Positions 3,374-5,171 of a DNA stretch of 5,171 nucleotides are shown one piece after another. Position 1 is the first letter of the stretch. Each line of letters opens with the position of its first letter. This stretch comes from a virus, in IMG/VR virus record IMGVR_UViG_3300045988_050557; one strand, given 5' to 3'. The position numbers were made by a program, and so were the translations under genes. The notes beneath the pieces are model-generated. The model saw nothing but the letters and a program-made list of their open reading frames with translations, made no database searches and was not told where the DNA came from.

Positions 3374-5053
3374 ATGTTAGATAATAACTCAAAGTTCAGT
3401 TATGTTCCTGGTACTCGCGCAAGTCGTTCTATTTTTGACTTGAGTAATAGTGTAAAAACTTCTTTTGACGCCGCTCAGCTTGTGCCGTTTTATTATGAAG
3501 AGGTACTCCCAGGAGATACCTTTAATGTGGAAACTAATCTTATCGCTCGTATGCAGACGTTGGTTGCGCCTGTAATGGATGATTTATATTTGGATTTCTT
3601 CTATTTCTTCGTGCCGAATAGAATTGTTTGGGATCATTGGAAGGAATTTATGGGAGAGAATACAAAGTCGGCATGGTATCCGGAAACGGAATACAATGTG
3701 CCGCAGATATCGGTTGCTCCGTCTAAATCTGTAGCTGCTAAATCTGTAGCTGACTATTTCGGAATCCCTCCGATTACAGTTCCGCAAGGTGAAAAGAACT
3801 CTTTCACTTTTTCAGCATTACCTTTCCGCGCCTACGCGGAAATCTGGAACGAATGGTTTAGAGATGAAAATCTTCAAGATCCCGTTCTTGTGGATCATGG
3901 TGATTCCACGCATGTTTATGATGCAAATTCCGCCGTTGATGGTGGCTCTTTGTTATATGCAAACAAGTACCATGATTATTTCACGAGTGCGCTTCCTTCG
4001 CCGCAGAAGGGCGCAGATGTGACAATTCCTATTGGTACTATTGCGCCTGTATATCCTACTAATGCGTCCCAGCTTGGTAATGTTGAGAAGACATATCCTG
4101 TTTCTGTTCTTGAGTGGCGTAACTCTAATGATGCCGCCCTTCCGGCTCGTGGTGGTTTAGGTATTTTAGGATCTGGCGCTACTGATCCGTCCGGTTTGGC
4201 TGGTGTTACGTTTCTTGATCAGGAAGATAATCCTGGTATTTCCGGTAGTCCATATCCATCTAATCTGATCGCGGATATTGGTTCAATTCCTTCTACATCT
4301 ATCAATCAGCTTCGCCTTGCCTTTGCGACTCAAGCTCTCTTGGAGAAAGATGCTCGTGGTGGTACGCGTTATAGAGAAATTATTAAGTCTCACTTTGCGA
4401 CAAATTCTCCAGATGCTCGCCAGCAGGTTCCAGAGCTTTTGTCATATAATCGTGTCCCGATCCAGATCAATCAGGTGGTTCAGAATTCGTCTAGTACAGA
4501 CAACTCCCCGCAGGGAAATACTGCGGCCTATTCTCTCACTGCTGATAGTGACGGCTCTTTTTTAAAGTCGTTCACGGAACATGGCATGGTGATTGGTGTT
4601 ATGTGCGCACGCTATAAGCACACATACCAGCAGGGTTTAGATAAGCGTTTTACTCGCAAAACGCGTTTTGATTATTACTGGCCTCTCCTTGCTAATCTTG
4701 GCGAACAGCCTATTTTAAACCGCGAAATTTACGCGCAGGGAACTGAAAAAGACGGCGAAGTTTTCGGATACCAAGAGGCTTGGAGTGAATATCGGTATAA
4801 ACCAGATATTTGCACATCTGAAATGAGATCAACCTATCCGCAGAGTCTCGATGTTTGGCACTTCGGTGACAATTATAAGTCTTTGCCTACACTCTCATCC
4901 GGATGGATACAGGAGGACTTGAACAATATTAACCGCGCTCTTGCCGTTTCTAGTTCTGTCAGCAATCAGTTCTTTGCTGATATCTACATTAAGAACAAAG
5001 CAACTAGAGTAATGCCAGTTTATTCTATCCCTGGCATGCCTCGTACATTGTAG
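3374..5053 (+). CDS. VP1: Major capsid protein VP1 (phiX174 F-like jelly-roll), 559 aa
   Basis: This is the longest ORF and has a strong SD. The N-terminal pattern RSIFDLSNSVKTSFDAAQLVPFYYEEVLPGDTF, the mid-protein INQLRLAFATQALLEKDARGGTRY and the C-terminal region are hallmark Microviridae capsid motifs. The size fits gokushovirus-type VP1. Confidence 0.95.
   Translation: MLDNNSKFSYVPGTRASRSIFDLSNSVKTSFDAAQLVPFYYEEVLPGDTFNVETNLIARMQTLVAPVMDDLYLDFFYFFVPNRIVWDHWKEFMGENTKSAWYPETEYNVPQISVAPSKSVAAKSVADYFGIPPITVPQGEKNSFTFSALPFRAYAEIWNEWFRDENLQDPVLVDHGDSTHVYDANSAVDGGSLLYANKYHDYFTSALPSPQKGADVTIPIGTIAPVYPTNASQLGNVEKTYPVSVLEWRNSNDAALPARGGLGILGSGATDPSGLAGVTFLDQEDNPGISGSPYPSNLIADIGSIPSTSINQLRLAFATQALLEKDARGGTRYREIIKSHFATNSPDARQQVPELLSYNRVPIQINQVVQNSSSTDNSPQGNTAAYSLTADSDGSFLKSFTEHGMVIGVMCARYKHTYQQGLDKRFTRKTRFDYYWPLLANLGEQPILNREIYAQGTEKDGEVFGYQEAWSEYRYKPDICTSEMRSTYPQSLDVWHFGDNYKSLPTLSSGWIQEDLNNINRALAVSSSVSNQFFADIYIKNKATRVMPVYSIPGMPRTL
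3723..3752 (+). repeat. Perfect 15-nt tandem duplication (2 x CTAAATCTGTAGCTG) inside VP1
   Basis: 3723-3737 equals 3738-3752 exactly. It is in frame and encodes SKSVA-AKSVA (VP1 residues 117-126). Confidence 0.9.
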
Positions 5054-5054
5054 T

Positions 5055-5081
5055 AAGAGGGCTTTGTGCCCTCTTTTTTTT
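5055..5081 (+). terminator. Strong rho-independent terminator after VP1, spanning the circular junction
   Basis: Stem AAGAGGGC / GCCCTCTT (5055-5062 / 5068-5075) with loop TTTGT. A run of eight T (5074-5081) partly overlaps the 3' arm. Positions 1-9 of the window are the same T-tract. Confidence 0.8.
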
Positions 5082-5171
5082 AGAAAGGAGAAAAATTATG
5101 GCAGATCCTTTAAAGACGGCTAAACAGTATGCTGCTTATAATAACTCATTGTATCAGTCTAATACTCGACA
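5073..5171. repeat. Terminal redundancy copy 2 (identical to 1..99)
   Basis: Same evidence as for copy 1. Confidence 0.95.
5098..5171 (+). CDS. VP2: Duplicate 5' fragment of VP2 produced by the wrap-around (not a separate gene)
   Basis: Identical to 26..99 and truncated by the window end. Confidence 0.9.
   Translation, partial: MADPLKTAKQYAAYNNSLYQSNTR

Noticed and set aside
1472-3787. Minus-strand ORFs (1472..1774, 2648..2854, 2945..3277, 2949..3314, 3584..3787).
   Set aside because: Microviridae are transcribed from one strand only. These ORFs are antisense to well-supported genes, I saw no SD sequences for them, and their products look compositionally odd (Ser-rich or Arg-rich low complexity).
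1-5171. CRISPR arrays, rRNA, integrase or transposase, toxin-antitoxin or defence-system genes.
   Set aside because: There are no spaced direct repeats and no ORFs beyond the microvirus core set and one orphan. The only direct repeats are the assembly overlap, the 15-nt SD box and the 15-nt tandem duplication.

Overview
The window holds one complete, circularly permuted ssDNA Microviridae genome that looks gokushovirus-like. The unit length is 5072 nt, and bases 1..99 recur exactly at 5073..5171, which I read as assembly wrap-around. All credible genes are on the + strand, in this order: VP2 DNA pilot protein (26..844); a roughly 215-nt GC-rich intergenic region packed with hairpins (845..1060); VP4 HUH rolling-circle Rep (1094..2104); an AT-rich spacer with an intrinsic terminator; an 82-aa orphan with an acidic N-terminus and a C-terminal TM segment (2214..2462); a 91-aa VP5-like protein (2474..2749); VP3 internal scaffolding protein (2742..3284); a GC stem-loop; and VP1 major capsid protein (3374..5053) followed by a strong terminator that spans the circular junction. 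Family calls rest on motifs I recognise from memory, because no searches could be run. I see no rRNA, tRNA, CRISPR array, integrase or transposase. The parts most worth follow-up are: (1) the hairpin-dense intergenic region, a candidate replication origin, including a CTTGAT hexamer displayed in a 9-nt loop; (2) the small tail-anchored membrane protein as a candidate lysis or membrane factor, in a group with no known phiX174 E homologue; (3) a very hydrophobic 106-codon ORF in the +1 frame of the scaffold gene, an architecture like phiX174 E-in-D, although codon composition alone could produce it; (4) hairpin-plus-AGAAAGGAG cassettes that hint at a Firmicutes-type host; and (5) a perfect 15-nt tandem duplication inside VP1.
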